Assembly: GCF_038025025.1 (NCBI RefSeq)
Contig: NW_027117345.1
Span: 1,798,001 to 1,862,000, forward strand
DNA: 64,000 bases
Direction of reading: 5' to 3'
Source of the DNA: Phyllosticta citribraziliensis
Lineage: Eukaryota
Positions 34,997 to 46,241 of the stretch are shown piece by piece (the stretch's first letter is position 1; every line of letters begins with the position of its first letter). Made by a program: the position numbers and the translations under genes. The notes below the pieces were generated by a model, which saw only the letters and a program-made list of their open reading frames with translations, was not told the origin of the DNA and did no database searches.

Positions 34997-36279
34997 ATGC
35001 CTCCACCTGTTGTGAGCACACTCCCATCTACAGTTGGTGAAGATGTGACTGACCTGAGCGAGCGCAGACGCCTTCGCCTCACCGATTCAAGCCGCTGCGT
35101 GACTCTAGATCTTCTCACAAGCCGCCGTCCTCTCTTCGCCAGGCACTTCCGCCTCCGTCTCCTCATACGCCGCATGACCGAGAACCTCGTCACAATGTGT
35201 CCAGCTCGCAATTCAAACCAACGCCGCGCTTCTCGGTTCCTGCATCCAGACATGATGCCGACGTGACGGGATCTCAATTCAGCAGAAATGCCGCTCCCGG
35301 AACACAACAGTTTGGCCCCAGTTTGGATACGACGGACAGCATTGAGGACTCGTCGCAACAGGATGTCGAAGCTGAAGAGCAAGGGGACCCAGCAGATGAG
35401 ATGTTGTGGGACTCCGAATCGCGAGTGGTCGTGGAGAGCGTCGAGCCTCGTCATGCTTCGATCGCTCACTCACACGGCGATATCCACATGCCGCAACGAC
35501 AAGGAAACGCCGATTTCTTCAACGAGAACCCGGCCAAGCGCCGAAGATTGTCTCTAAATGCCGACGCAGCGCGAGAAGCAAGTGTTGAAGCCGATCCAGG
35601 CCGCTCACTCGCACGACGACCGTCACATGGAGACACACATCCCAGACATGATCCGTCCACCGTGACCCAGCGAGCCGCATCACTATCCAACCCAACAAGC
35701 CCACCACGCACAGCACGGCCACCACGCTTCAAGCACAGCGAAGCAACGCCCCACCGCGCCTACTCACTCGACCCAACCACAGCAGACCCCCTACCACCGC
35801 CTTCAACAACATCATCTCGCCCACGCAACCCCTTCCGCCTCCCGCCCTCCTCCAGAAACGCCAACAACGCCGACTTCGCCGACGCAACCCCGCTGCCCGA
35901 GCACTTCTCCCCGCACCGCCGCAACCAAAAGTTCGTGCCGGGCGGCATGGCCGAGACGGTGCGCGGCTGGGTGCTGGGCGTCGGCCACGGGCCCGACAGC
36001 AGCCGCTCATCGTCGCAGCTGTCGCGCATGGTTGTTTCGCGCTCGACCGAGACGGTGGGCGCCAATCCGCTGCGTTTGCTTGCCGGAACGGCGGCGACGG
36101 GAGAGAGTGGCGAGGACGTGAGGGCGCTGTTGGTAGGACCGGCGAGGGGCGGGCGTGCGGGCGTTGCGGTGGGCGATGAGGTGAGCATTGCCGCGCCGAG
36201 TTGGGATGTCGATGTCGGGAGCGGAGCGGAGAGGCGGAGGTGGATTGTCGGTGTTGATTGGAGTGTGGACAAGAGATGA
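34997..36279 (+). CDS. Conserved-looking fungal hypothetical protein; disordered N-terminus, beta-rich (OB-like) C-terminal domain
   Basis: 15-nt first exon MPPPV (34997-35011), intron 35012-35067, then open frame to 36279; motifs FKPTPRF, FSPHRRNQKFVPGGMAETVRGWV, GDEVSIAAPSWDV, WIVGVDW; NLS-like PAKRRR. Confidence 0.8.
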
Positions 36280-36422
36280 GAGTTTAGAGGCTGGGAATGT
36301 CTTGATTGCCTGCGTCGGTTGCGTACATGCACTGTGCCTAGGTACGTATGCAACTTCGCGCTGTCCGTCATGCCAAACAGCAGCCCAAAAACACTGCCAC
36401 CATCAAACCTCTCAGATCCTCC

Positions 36423-36427
36423 AAAAA
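36423..36427 (-). terminator. RNA polymerase III terminator (T5) of the tRNA-like gene
   Basis: TTCTTTCTTTTT follows the discriminator base on the minus strand. Confidence 0.65.
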
Positions 36428-36438
36428 GAAAGAAGTGA

Positions 36439-36587
36439 CCCCGTCGCCGAGAATCGAACTCGGGTCTCCAGTCCTTCGCGGCGCTTTACCAGTGCTCGCG
36501 GCAGATCCGACAAGCCTTGCCTGCACGCCTACACAGTTGTTGAAACTGCTTGAAAGGTCTGGCGGGCTACCACTGCACCACGACAGA
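36439..36587 (-). tRNA. tRNA-like gene with ~75-nt insert/intron and non-canonical anticodon arm (anticodon ambiguous: TTC/Glu or TCA)
   Basis: Acceptor stem TCTGTCG/CGACGGG + G73; A box TGGTGCAGTGG; T arm CCGAG-TTCGATT-CTCGG (B box); variable loop AGAC; anticodon stem CCAGAC(C)/(G)GACTGG; T5 terminator 12-16 nt downstream. Confidence 0.8.
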
Positions 36588-37247
36588 TTTGTTTTACATG
36601 AGCTTCTGGGACTGTGGGTTATAAGGCAGCTGCTCAAGGGGTCTCGAACAGTCTAGTAATTTTTGGAGCAAATGTTGGATTGTAAATTATAGAGTAAACG
36701 ACTGGGCGAAAATGAACGACAGAAAGAAGTGCTCAGCCAGCAGACACTGAACGCAGAGTATATCACCGCGGTCGATGTGGTCGAGTCGGTACTGTACTTA
36801 CTCGCTGTCCGTCTCTCCGGCGTTTATTGCCTCGCATGGCTAGCCAAAACGAGCGAAGCCCATCACACTGTCTTCTGCATCGTGCTGCTCTCCGTGACCG
36901 TGAATACCGTATATCCGTGCGCAAGTGGAGAGAGGGGCGGATGAAGACAAGGCCTGCCTGCATGCGGCTCGCTTTGTCACTTGCGGGCGAAGACGGAGCG
37001 GTCGTAGCGTTCTTAATTAGATGTTGATTTGTGAAGGTTTTTACATGCTGTGCTACTGCTACTGCTGCTGGATAAAGTATGATACCGTTGGATACATGGG
37101 AAAAGAAAAGGTCTATCTATAGTCGTTTTGTCTGTCTGTCTGCTTCCTCATCTCTCATGCACGCCTGAATTAAGATTAAGTCGTGAGAACGGAAAAAGGG
37201 GAGAGGGACAAGTGAAAAGAGAGGAGAGGCATTAGCAGCGTCCCTCA

Positions 37248-39587
37248 TCAATTCTTCTCGCCCACCACCTCAGCTCCCGACGCCGCTCTCGACGCCCCCT
37301 GCGCCTCCAACTCCTTCTCTTTCGCCGCGGACGAAAGCACCGGCGCACCCTCCTCTCCGCCATGCCCGTCAACTCTGCTGCCCTCCCTCGTCGAATCCGG
37401 GTCGACCTTCTCAACCCCCTTTTCGTCCGCAGACGGATCATTTCCGCTCGTCTGCGCGTCGAGCGGCAGCTTCTCCTTCGCGTCGACGACGCCCGGCAGC
37501 GGCGCCGGCGCATCGCCAACCGGCGGCGGGCTCTTCAAGTCCGAATTGGCCGACTTGATACTCCGCCACTCGACAGCCGCGGAGCCAAGGATAGAGAGAC
37601 ACGCCATGGCCAAGCCGACCTGGAACGCCTGGACGAGCGCATCGTTATACGCGGCCAGGACCTGCGGCAGGATGTCAGCGGGGACGCGCTGCTGCAGCTC
37701 GGTAGCGCCGATGGCGGTGATTGAGCGCGGGTCCAGGTCCGTCAGGCCGGACACGCCGCGGATCAGGCCGTTGGTGAAGATGCTCTGACCGACGGCGACG
37801 AAGACGGCGCCGCCGAGCTGCTGCGAGAAGAAGAGGAGTGTTGTTCCCATCGGCACGTCGATGCGGCTGAGCACTGTTTGGATGGCGATGTTGCTTTGCT
37901 GGATGGTAATGGAGTCAGCAGTGCGCGAGGGTTGAGTGAGAGGACGGGGATGACATACCTGCATGCCGAGGCCAAGGCCGAAGCCCAGGAGGACTTGGTA
38001 CCCGATCCAGGCTGGGTGGCCGGTGTTTGTGCGGAACGTCGTAAGCATGCCGGCTCCGATTGAGACGATGACGCTCGAGGCGATCAGGAATGGGGTGTAG
38101 TAGCCCATTTTCGAGACGGTTATGCCGGTCAAGATGCTGGCGACGACGAGACTCAATACCAGTGGCAGCTTGTGACAAGTCAGTGGAGAAAAGCGGAGCG
38201 AAGTAAAGTCCATCTTTACTTACGTTCATGATGCCTGAATGAACAGCAGACGCGCCCTTGATGGCTTGGAACCAGATGGGGAGATAGTACACAAAAACAA
38301 ACATGCAACTTTTGCAGTGTTAGCCGGAATGGTAAGTTCATCAGAAAAGGCTGGCATACCTTGAGTTGCAAAAGGTGAACCAAAGAGTACCAGCCACCGT
38401 GCGGTTGGAGATGATCCGCGGAGCAATGGTGGCCGTGTCATTCTTGTTGCGCAATTGGAGCCCAATGAAGGAGAGGAAGAGCACTCCAAAGACGCAGAAG
38501 AGGAAGATGATGCGCCAGTCGTTCCAGGCGTATTCGTTGCCGCCCCACTGAAGAGCGAGTATCTAAAGAAAGGGTCAGATTTACACATTTGATCAATTTG
38601 GTCGGACGTACAAGACAAATAATTGAGGGCATAAACAGAACCTGCCCAAGAGGGTCAAGCTGGATGATTTTTTCCTTGAGCGTGAGGCCAGCATTACGTG
38701 GCGGAGGCGTATCCTTGAGCACAAAGAGAATCAACACGGCCGTGACTGCACCAATTGGCCTTTTACTCGTCAGCATGGATCTCAAAAGACGCGACGCACA
38801 TCTTACAGGTTCAAGTAAAAACACCAACGCCAGGTTGCAGAGCTGGACGCAAAGGCGCCGCCAATGAGGGGTCCCGTGACGGAAGCGATCCCAAAGATTG
38901 ACCCGGCGAGCCCTTGGATCAGAGCGCGCTTTTGGAGCGGCATCAGTGGGATTGCGAGTAAGACACCGCCTGTGAACATGCCTGCAGAGCCGAGCCCCGC
39001 GATGGCTCGGCCGAGGATGAAGGCGATGGAGTTGGGTGCGGCGCCGCAGACGGCTGATCCGACAGTGAACAAGAGCAGGTTGATCAAGTAGACCCATTTT
39101 GGGTTGTAGAAGGTGCTGTGGCGACTTGTTAGCAAGCGGGAGATATTGCGGAGCCGAGAGGCATACTATAGCTTCCCTATGACGAGTTGAATGGAACAGG
39201 CCGTGAGCTTTCACGTCATTAGCGTATGGAACGAGGTTGGAGTATTAGTCCGAATTCACCATGTATGCACTTCCATACCATCCCTAAATCCATTAGACAA
39301 CATTTGTAGACTTGATTTTGACAGTCGTAGCTTACAACGTCTCCGAGAGAATGGAATTCATCAGTAATACGCGGAATTGCCACACCAACAATTGTTCGAT
39401 CCAAAGCCACCAGGAAGATTCCTGCGTAAATGCCGAGAAGAATGGGAACGACGACTCGCGTTGGGGGATAAAGAGGCTGTGGAGAACCTTGGTGGTCTCC
39501 GGCTTCGACATCTGTCTTCTTGCACGGCGAATCATCGCAAGGGGCTTGCGCATCAACTGCACCATGTTCGGGCTTTTTGTCGATCAT
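37248..39587 (-). CDS. MFS drug/toxin:H+ antiporter (14-TMS DHA2, AflT-like efflux pump)
   Basis: [91 protein letters not shown]; about eight short introns. Confidence 0.95.
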
Positions 39588-39748
39588 TGCGGGCAGTTGG
39601 ACGTGCAAAAAGGAGCGGAAAAATCAGAGAATGGATGGAAATGGAGTCATCGGCCAGAGGAGAAGGAAAGCGAAGAAAGCAGTCAGACTTGAGGGAAAGA
39701 AAAGGGTGCTAGGCAGTGGTGTAACGAGGCTGACGCCGTGCATGCAGT

Positions 39749-39782
39749 CTTATAACTGGGGGCCGGAGTAGACGCGGAGTAG
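39749..39782 (-). promoter_or_regulatory. Putative TATA element plus CGGAGTAG direct repeat (CGG-N8-CGG) upstream of the MFS gene
   Basis: TTATAA at 39750-39755; CGGAGTAG at 39764-39771 and 39775-39782. CGG triplets are the canonical Zn2Cys6 half-site. Confidence 0.35.
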
Positions 39783-40259
39783 CGCGCGCCCGCGTGCATC
39801 GCGAATCTGGCACTGGTAGTAGTCTGCATCATGGAGAGAAGAGGTGGTTTGCCAATTAAAGGAAGGGAGGCTTTGTGGGCGCCGAGGCTTGCGGAGGCGT
39901 TGACGAGGCGGATGTGATTTGGCTGGTGGGTTTTCGGCATACCGGCAGATGGGAGAGATGACGTTGACGTTCTTGAGTGCAGAGGGACGACTTTCCGAGA
40001 CGGACGGACTCGGTGATGTAGAAGGGGACGGGATGACGAGATGAAGAAAGATCTGTAGTGAGGTGAGGAACAGAGGCCTGAGGCGCCCAGGAAGGAGCAT
40101 CTCGGAGGCGCGCTCTCGGGTCGGATGGATTGTCGGACTTCCCCGCCAGCGTCCGTCAGGTCGCGTCCTCATGGCCTGCCTCCCGCCCGTCTCCGTGCTC
40201 CAGCCCGCTCAGGTCGCTTTTCACCACACCCGACTCCTCTGCAATCAAGATCCAGCTTG

Positions 40260-42593
40260 ATGAGCAACACCAGCCCACCCGTCGCCGCGGACCCGCTGCG
40301 CAATCAACCGCAACTCAGCATGTCTCAGCACCCGCCCACTTCTGCCGTCCCCGTCAATCCCTCCCACGGCCAGGACCTCAAGCCCGCTGCAGCCAGTGCT
40401 CCCGATCACGGTCCCGTCGGAAGTCCAGCCAACCTCAAGCCCAACGCCTGCATCAGTTGCCAAAAGCGCAAGGTAAAGTGCGATCGCACCGAGCCCTGCT
40501 CGTCCTGTAAGAGGTACCGCGCCGTCTGCGAGTTTCGGGACCCGGCGCCCCGTCGCAAGCGCAAGCTGTCGGACGAGGACCTCCACGCCAAAATCGACCA
40601 CTATGAGCATCTACTCACCCAGTTTGGAGCCCGTGTCGATTCCAAGCCTTCTCCGGCCAAGACACCTGCTGCTCCGGCCTCGACTCAAACTTGGGCTCCT
40701 AGCTTCACTCCGCTCAATGCTCGGGGCCAGCCGAGACCGAGGGATCCCGCTGGGCCGCCTGGTACCGGAGAGTCCCCTGCTACTACCAAAACTCCCGACA
40801 ATGGCCGTCTAGTCTTTGAAAAGGGGAGCTCCAGATATCTCGAGAGCAACCTTTGGAAAGGCATCCACGACGAAATCAGGGATCCAAAGCAGCTGCTCCA
40901 TGACGCCCCAACTCCATCGAGCGCCAGGCCCTCGACTGTCAACCAATACGATCCCTACCACCTGGACGAGGGTCAGCTTGTCCTGGGCCTCATGCATGGC
41001 TACAAACTCGACCTCCGCAGCTTGCATCCCCAACTGCACCACATCTTCACTCTCTGGCAAGCCTACCTCGACAATGTTAACCCACTGGTCAAGCTGCTAC
41101 ACACGCCTACGGTCCAAAGGCAGGTCCTCAAAGCCGTTAACAACCTAGAGACCATCGACGCCGGGACGGAGCTCCTCATGTTTTCCATCTACCTCACGGC
41201 CGTCGTCTCCATGCCCAGCGAAGAGTGCCAGGCCTTGGGGGAAAGCAAGCAACAGCTGCTCACCAAGTTCCAGTACGCTACCAAGGTCGCTCTGTACAGA
41301 GCAGGCTTTCTTAGATCATCTGATCTGGTCGTGCTGCAAGCATTCATCCTCTTCTTGCTTGCCATGAGATCATATCATGATATCCACACGCAGTGGTCGC
41401 TGACTGGCCTTGCCATTCGCATGAGCCAGAGAATCGGGCTCCACAAGGACGGTTCCAAGCTCGGTCTTCCCCTGTTCGACATTGAGATGCGGAGACGAGT
41501 CTGGTGGCAGCTCACTCCCCTCGAGGTCCGCACGTCGGAGCTCGCAGGTGGTAGCATTTCACCACTCTTGCAAACGCACTGGGACACTTCCCTGCCTCTA
41601 AATGTTAACGACAGCGAGCTGAATCCCGACATGAAGCAGCTGCCTCCAGAACATAATGGACCAACAGAGATGTTCTTCTGTCTACTGCGCTACAATATGG
41701 GCAGATTCATGCGTCACCACAGACATCTCTTCTTTTCGGACTTCCAACTCGTGCCAGAGGGAGATGACTCCCTGGCCGAGAGGGATCGTGCCATTGACGA
41801 GTTTGAGCAAATGCTCGAGACAAAATTTCTCCGGCACTGCGATCCTTCTGTGCCCCTGCACTATCTCACTGCCATTGTCGCGCGATGCGCACTATGCATC
41901 GTACGACTTTTGGCACATCATCCGCGGCAATACACGGACAAGGGCAAGTCTTTGCCTCAATCAGAAAAAGACCTTTTGTTTGCAACTTCTCTCAAGACTA
42001 TCGAGCTTGACAACCTAGCACACGGGGATACATCTCTGCAGCGCTTCCTGTGGCACGTGGATGCATACTACCAGTGGGACGCTCTCATCTACCTCGTCAT
42101 TGCGCTGCGGTTCCGCAACCATGTCGACAACAAGGAAATCGAGAAGGCGTGGTTCCAGGTCAACAAGACGCTCGAATACCACAGCCAGATTGTGTCGGAC
42201 CCCAGCAACCCTCTGCACTCGGCAGTCGGGAACCTGGTCGCAAAGGCATGGAATTCGTATGCCAACGAACACGCCCGGCAAAACCGACCACCCCCTCCGA
42301 TTGAAGATTTCAAGGCCGTCGGCATGCTTGTCGTCAGAGCCAAGGACAAGTCAGTTGCCGAAAGCCGCGGGGCTTCGGGCGGACCGGAGGCTGAAGCCAG
42401 GAGCGCGGAAGCCTCCTGCCAGGCTGCACAGGCGCCCCAGCAGCAACAGACGACGCCACCCGTCAGTGCAAGCGGATGGAACACACCACTCAACAACACG
42501 GATGCGAGCCCCATTGACTGGGACGTATGGGACGGCTTGTTGCAAGAATTTGGGCCTCAGGCGGGTGGCTTTGCTGTTGACTTGGTGGGATAG
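40260..42593 (+). CDS. Zn(II)2Cys6 transcription factor with fungal-specific middle homology domain
   Basis: ACISCQKRKVKCDRTEPCSSCKRYRAVC; YLDNVNPLVKLLH, SDLVVLQAFILF, AIRMSQRIGLHKDG, EMRRRVWWQL, PLNVNDSEL; intronless; divergent from the MFS gene. Confidence 0.95.
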   Translation: MSNTSPPVAADPLRNQPQLSMSQHPPTSAVPVNPSHGQDLKPAAASAPDHGPVGSPANLKPNACISCQKRKVKCDRTEPCSSCKRYRAVCEFRDPAPRRKRKLSDEDLHAKIDHYEHLLTQFGARVDSKPSPAKTPAAPASTQTWAPSFTPLNARGQPRPRDPAGPPGTGESPATTKTPDNGRLVFEKGSSRYLESNLWKGIHDEIRDPKQLLHDAPTPSSARPSTVNQYDPYHLDEGQLVLGLMHGYKLDLRSLHPQLHHIFTLWQAYLDNVNPLVKLLHTPTVQRQVLKAVNNLETIDAGTELLMFSIYLTAVVSMPSEECQALGESKQQLLTKFQYATKVALYRAGFLRSSDLVVLQAFILFLLAMRSYHDIHTQWSLTGLAIRMSQRIGLHKDGSKLGLPLFDIEMRRRVWWQLTPLEVRTSELAGGSISPLLQTHWDTSLPLNVNDSELNPDMKQLPPEHNGPTEMFFCLLRYNMGRFMRHHRHLFFSDFQLVPEGDDSLAERDRAIDEFEQMLETKFLRHCDPSVPLHYLTAIVARCALCIVRLLAHHPRQYTDKGKSLPQSEKDLLFATSLKTIELDNLAHGDTSLQRFLWHVDAYYQWDALIYLVIALRFRNHVDNKEIEKAWFQVNKTLEYHSQIVSDPSNPLHSAVGNLVAKAWNSYANEHARQNRPPPPIEDFKAVGMLVVRAKDKSVAESRGASGGPEAEARSAEASCQAAQAPQQQQTTPPVSASGWNTPLNNTDASPIDWDVWDGLLQEFGPQAGGFAVDLVG

Positions 42594-43365
42594 AGTTGCC
42601 GTCACGTGTGCCCCAAAATTTTCCTTTTCATATTTTTAAAGGGCGGAAGGGTGTTTTTCTACGATACTGTGGTGTACATACAAGGATACGGCTCGTGGGA
42701 ATACCAATGGATTGACCGGCACTTTCATGCTTCTGTGCTGAGAAAATATCCACCGATGCTGCGGGCATTTTCATTCGCTCGGTGACCGCAGGAAAAGCAC
42801 CCGAGCATGAAGTCTCCCATCTTACAACGTAGGAGGGTGTTGACAGTGCACTTGACACCGTCCTCGAGTAGCACGCGACCTCGAATTGACCACAGGCATT
42901 TTTGGATTTGAATTCAATAGCTTCCTTAGCGGAGGGGGGGCGCACCTTATGGAAATACCTGCTGCAACCCGGACGGAAACGGGAATTGGTTGCGGGCCCG
43001 AGCGGCATGGATCACTCTGCGCGCGAGGCCCTGTTTACCTCACCTCCGAATCTTTGTGGACACTGGGCGTGGTCACGTCATACCATACCTGTCGACAGGG
43101 ACAATCTGAGTTGACCGGGTCATAACTCCTCCACTCTTTCTTGGTGAAGCAGCTTTGCAGGATCATTCGCGTGTGTTGACGAGCGCGACATTGATTGTTT
43201 TGCTTTGCATCGTCCAGCGGCTATTTTGCGAGCGATTGATTCAGCGCGTACCGCACGCTCGGCCTTGGGAATCCGGACGATTGATACGGCCCTCCAGTCC
43301 CACTCCACCTCACCTTTACCTTCCACGACTCCCATCACCACCGCTCCCGTCTCCATCCATCCACA

Positions 43366-44127
43366 ATGCCGCCCTCCACAGGTTCGCGCCTCATGCGCGC
43401 CGCGCGCCGCTTCGCGCTGTACACGACGACGGGTGCTGGCATCGGCTTCGCGGGGTGGAAGGTATACTCGCGCAACACGCAATTCCAGGACATCACCGAG
43501 TCGTCGCCAGCATACTCGAGCATCGCCGCGAGCGTGGAGCGCATCAACCCGCACAAGAACCGACCGGTGATGCTGGACCACTGCGAGCGGCGCGTGCCCC
43601 TCTCGCAGCTGCAGACGAACGACGTGGACGAGCTGACGCGCCGCTTCTGCGCCGGCGTGTGGAGCGGACCGGGCTTCGAGCTGCAGCGCCGCATCATGGA
43701 GCGCGCGTTCCGCCAGCTGGACGGCCGCGAGACGGATCTCTGGGAGAAGGCCGACTTGGACAAGAGCGCGTACAAGCTCGGCGAGCGCATTGCCGATCAC
43801 TTTGAGGTTGTGGACAGGGCGTCGGACAAGGTGAGCTGCTCCATCTATGCTTCCAGCTGTTTTCGTGCATGCGAGCTGACGGCTTGACAGGTTGTCGTCC
43901 GCTGCGGTGACTCGCCCCGTAAGCAGGGCCCGCGCAACAGCGACGGTATTTTCAGTATCGAGGTCCGCAAGGATGGCGACGATGCCGTGTTCGTCATGAA
44001 GAGCTTCTTCTTTGACAGCACCGAGGAGGGCGCCAACGCTTCGCCGCCGTCGGCGCTGTTTGACTTTTTGCACCGCGAGTACGCCAAGCTGTGGATGGAG
44101 ACGAGCGTGAGGAAGCTGTTGAAGTAA
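43366..44127 (+). CDS. Conserved-looking fungal hypothetical protein, possible mitochondrial presequence plus single TM anchor
   Basis: Arg-rich N-terminus then hydrophobic YTTTGAGIGFAGW; intron 43831-43890 joins to VVVRCGDSPR...LHREYAKLWMETSVRKLLK. Confidence 0.8.
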
Positions 44128-44690
44128 TGGATATGCTGAGGAGGGAAGGTAGAGCAGTGGAATAGAGACATTGGGATTCTCAGTCGACCCAGGCTTGCGT
44201 AGAAAAAAAGCATTTCAGCGATTTTCAATCAAAGACGGCAGGCAAACTTTCTCCAACAATTTTCCTTGAGCGACGACGAGCCATTGACATTCATGGCACA
44301 TCATGACACCAAATCTTCACACGCACACGAAATTGGAGTCCAAAGATTGGTGTCATGCTCGAGTCAAGACACCAGAGCATTTCTCATCTCCGTCTCAGAA
44401 AGGAAACGCACACGACGAAGCTACCCCGCACCGACGTCATGCGATTGGCGGGCGCAGGTACAGCACAAACAACACGGTATCTGTGTACCACACTACGCGA
44501 ACCAGCAAGGTGCAGACGCGGATTTAAACAGTAAACACGTTAATAAATCCACCACGATTTGTAATTCGGTCCTGGGCAGCGTCTAAAAGACTCAATCGCC
44601 CTCTCCCCGCAATAGCATCCGAATCCTCTCCGCACACGCACATCAGCACCAATTACACGCACAACGAGCAACCACGGAAAGAATCTCAAC

Positions 44691-45715
44691 ATGCCTGCCT
44701 CCGCTGTCTTCGCCTCCTCCAACACCGCCCTCATCACCGGCGGCGCATCCGGCATCGGCCTCGCGCTGGCCAAGCGCTGCGCCGCGCAGGGCATGCAGCT
44801 GGCCATTGTCGACATCGACCCGGACACGCTGGCGCGGGCCAAGGCAGAGCTGAGCAAAGACGGCGCGGCGGAGGTCCAGACGTACGCGGTGGACGTGGCG
44901 AAAGACGAGGAATGGGCGAAGCTGAAGGCGGACGTGCTGAAGCGATTCGGCAGCGTGGAGCTGCTGGCGCTGAACGCAGGGACGGCGGGCAAGGGTAGTC
45001 AGTGGGGAGAGAAGGCGGGCTTTGAAAAGGTGCGTTCAGCTACCATCACATCGATGATTTGCGGGAATGGCAATCGTGTGTCTATGGAATATGCTGACGA
45101 GACGACAGATTCTGGGGACCAATCTTTGGGGCGTCATTCACGGACTCAATGCCTTTGTTCCGGTCTTGCAGCAGCAGAAGAAGCAGGCTGCTATTGTCGT
45201 CACGGGGAGCAAGCAGGGCATCACGAATCCCCCGGGCAGCCCGGCGTATAATGCCAGTAAGGCGGCTGTCAAGACGCTGGCTGAGCATTTGGACTATGAT
45301 TTGCGCGACGACAAGAACCTCAGCGTGCACCTGCTCGTGCCGGGTTGGACTTTTACTGGCATGGTTCGTCTACCTGACTTATCCTCTCCAACCACCACAA
45401 CTCCACCACAAGACAAACGACTTCAGATGGCGAAGTGTGCTAACACAACCCCAGACCGGCGGCGGCCCCAGCGCAGCCCGCGAGAAGCCCGCCGGCGCAT
45501 GGTCGCCGGAACAAGTTGTCGGCTACCTCGTCGACAAGATGGAGCACGACAAGTTCTACGTCATCTGCCCGGACAACGACGTCGACGAGCAGACGGACAA
45601 GAAGCGCATGCTGTGGAGCGTCGGCGACATTCTGGAGGAGCGGCCGGCGCTGACGAGGTGGCGCGACGAGTATAAGGATGAGGCTAAGGCGTGGATGGAA
45701 AGGACGAAGGTTTGA
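44691..45715 (+). CDS. Short-chain dehydrogenase/reductase
   Basis: ALITGGASGIG, LALNAG, TNLWGVIHG, catalytic YNASK, HLLVPGWTFTGM; introns 45029-45108 and 45363-45454. Confidence 0.92.
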
Positions 45716-46241
45716 TGGTGTTTTTGTTTTGGGGAGAAGTTGGGTGGGGAGAAAAGTTGGGTGGAGAGAAAGGAGGCCGCTTTGAAAGGATTGAAGTGCT
45801 TGTGACTTTAGCTTCGTCGTACTCTGGGCTGCCAGCCCATATGTCCCTCCATCAGCTTGATACTTTTTGACTGGCATACACTGAGGAACAGGGTTGTTCT
45901 GTCAGTAGAGCATTCATCGGGATGAGGAAGGACCTGCACTGATTGGCTGCTTGTGCTGGCGCTAGCCGAAATTGGTAGCTCAACATGTATCCTCGGCGTA
46001 CACGATCCTTTTTCCTATGTGAGTACAGTATTTTGGCTGAATTTCCCAATGAAATTTCCACAAGATGACATTAGTGGTATTTGGTCAAGCAGGAGTGGCG
46101 TGAATAAAAATTCCAGGTCGACGGCCAACCAACCCGGAGAAAATTGGCCGGCCCCCGCAGACGCAACCTAAACATCGCGTCGCCCGCCGCTCCAACGCGA
46201 CCAGGTGTAAGCGCCGGCAGCAATGACAGAGCCCCACACCA

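Noticed and set aside
36439..36587. Calling this a bona fide selenocysteine tRNA
   Set aside because: It has a 7/5 acceptor/T-stem fold and a 4-nt variable loop, not the 9/4 fold and long variable arm of eukaryotic tRNA-Sec; no selenoprotein machinery is seen in the window.
40125..40259. 45-aa N-terminal extension of the Zn2Cys6 TF from ATG 40125
   Set aside because: In frame but reads like pyrimidine-rich 5' UTR; the downstream ATG was preferred. Not decidable without TSS data.
43120..44073. 317-aa - strand ORF
   Set aside because: Antisense to the spliced 43366-44127 gene; composition typical of a shadow frame.
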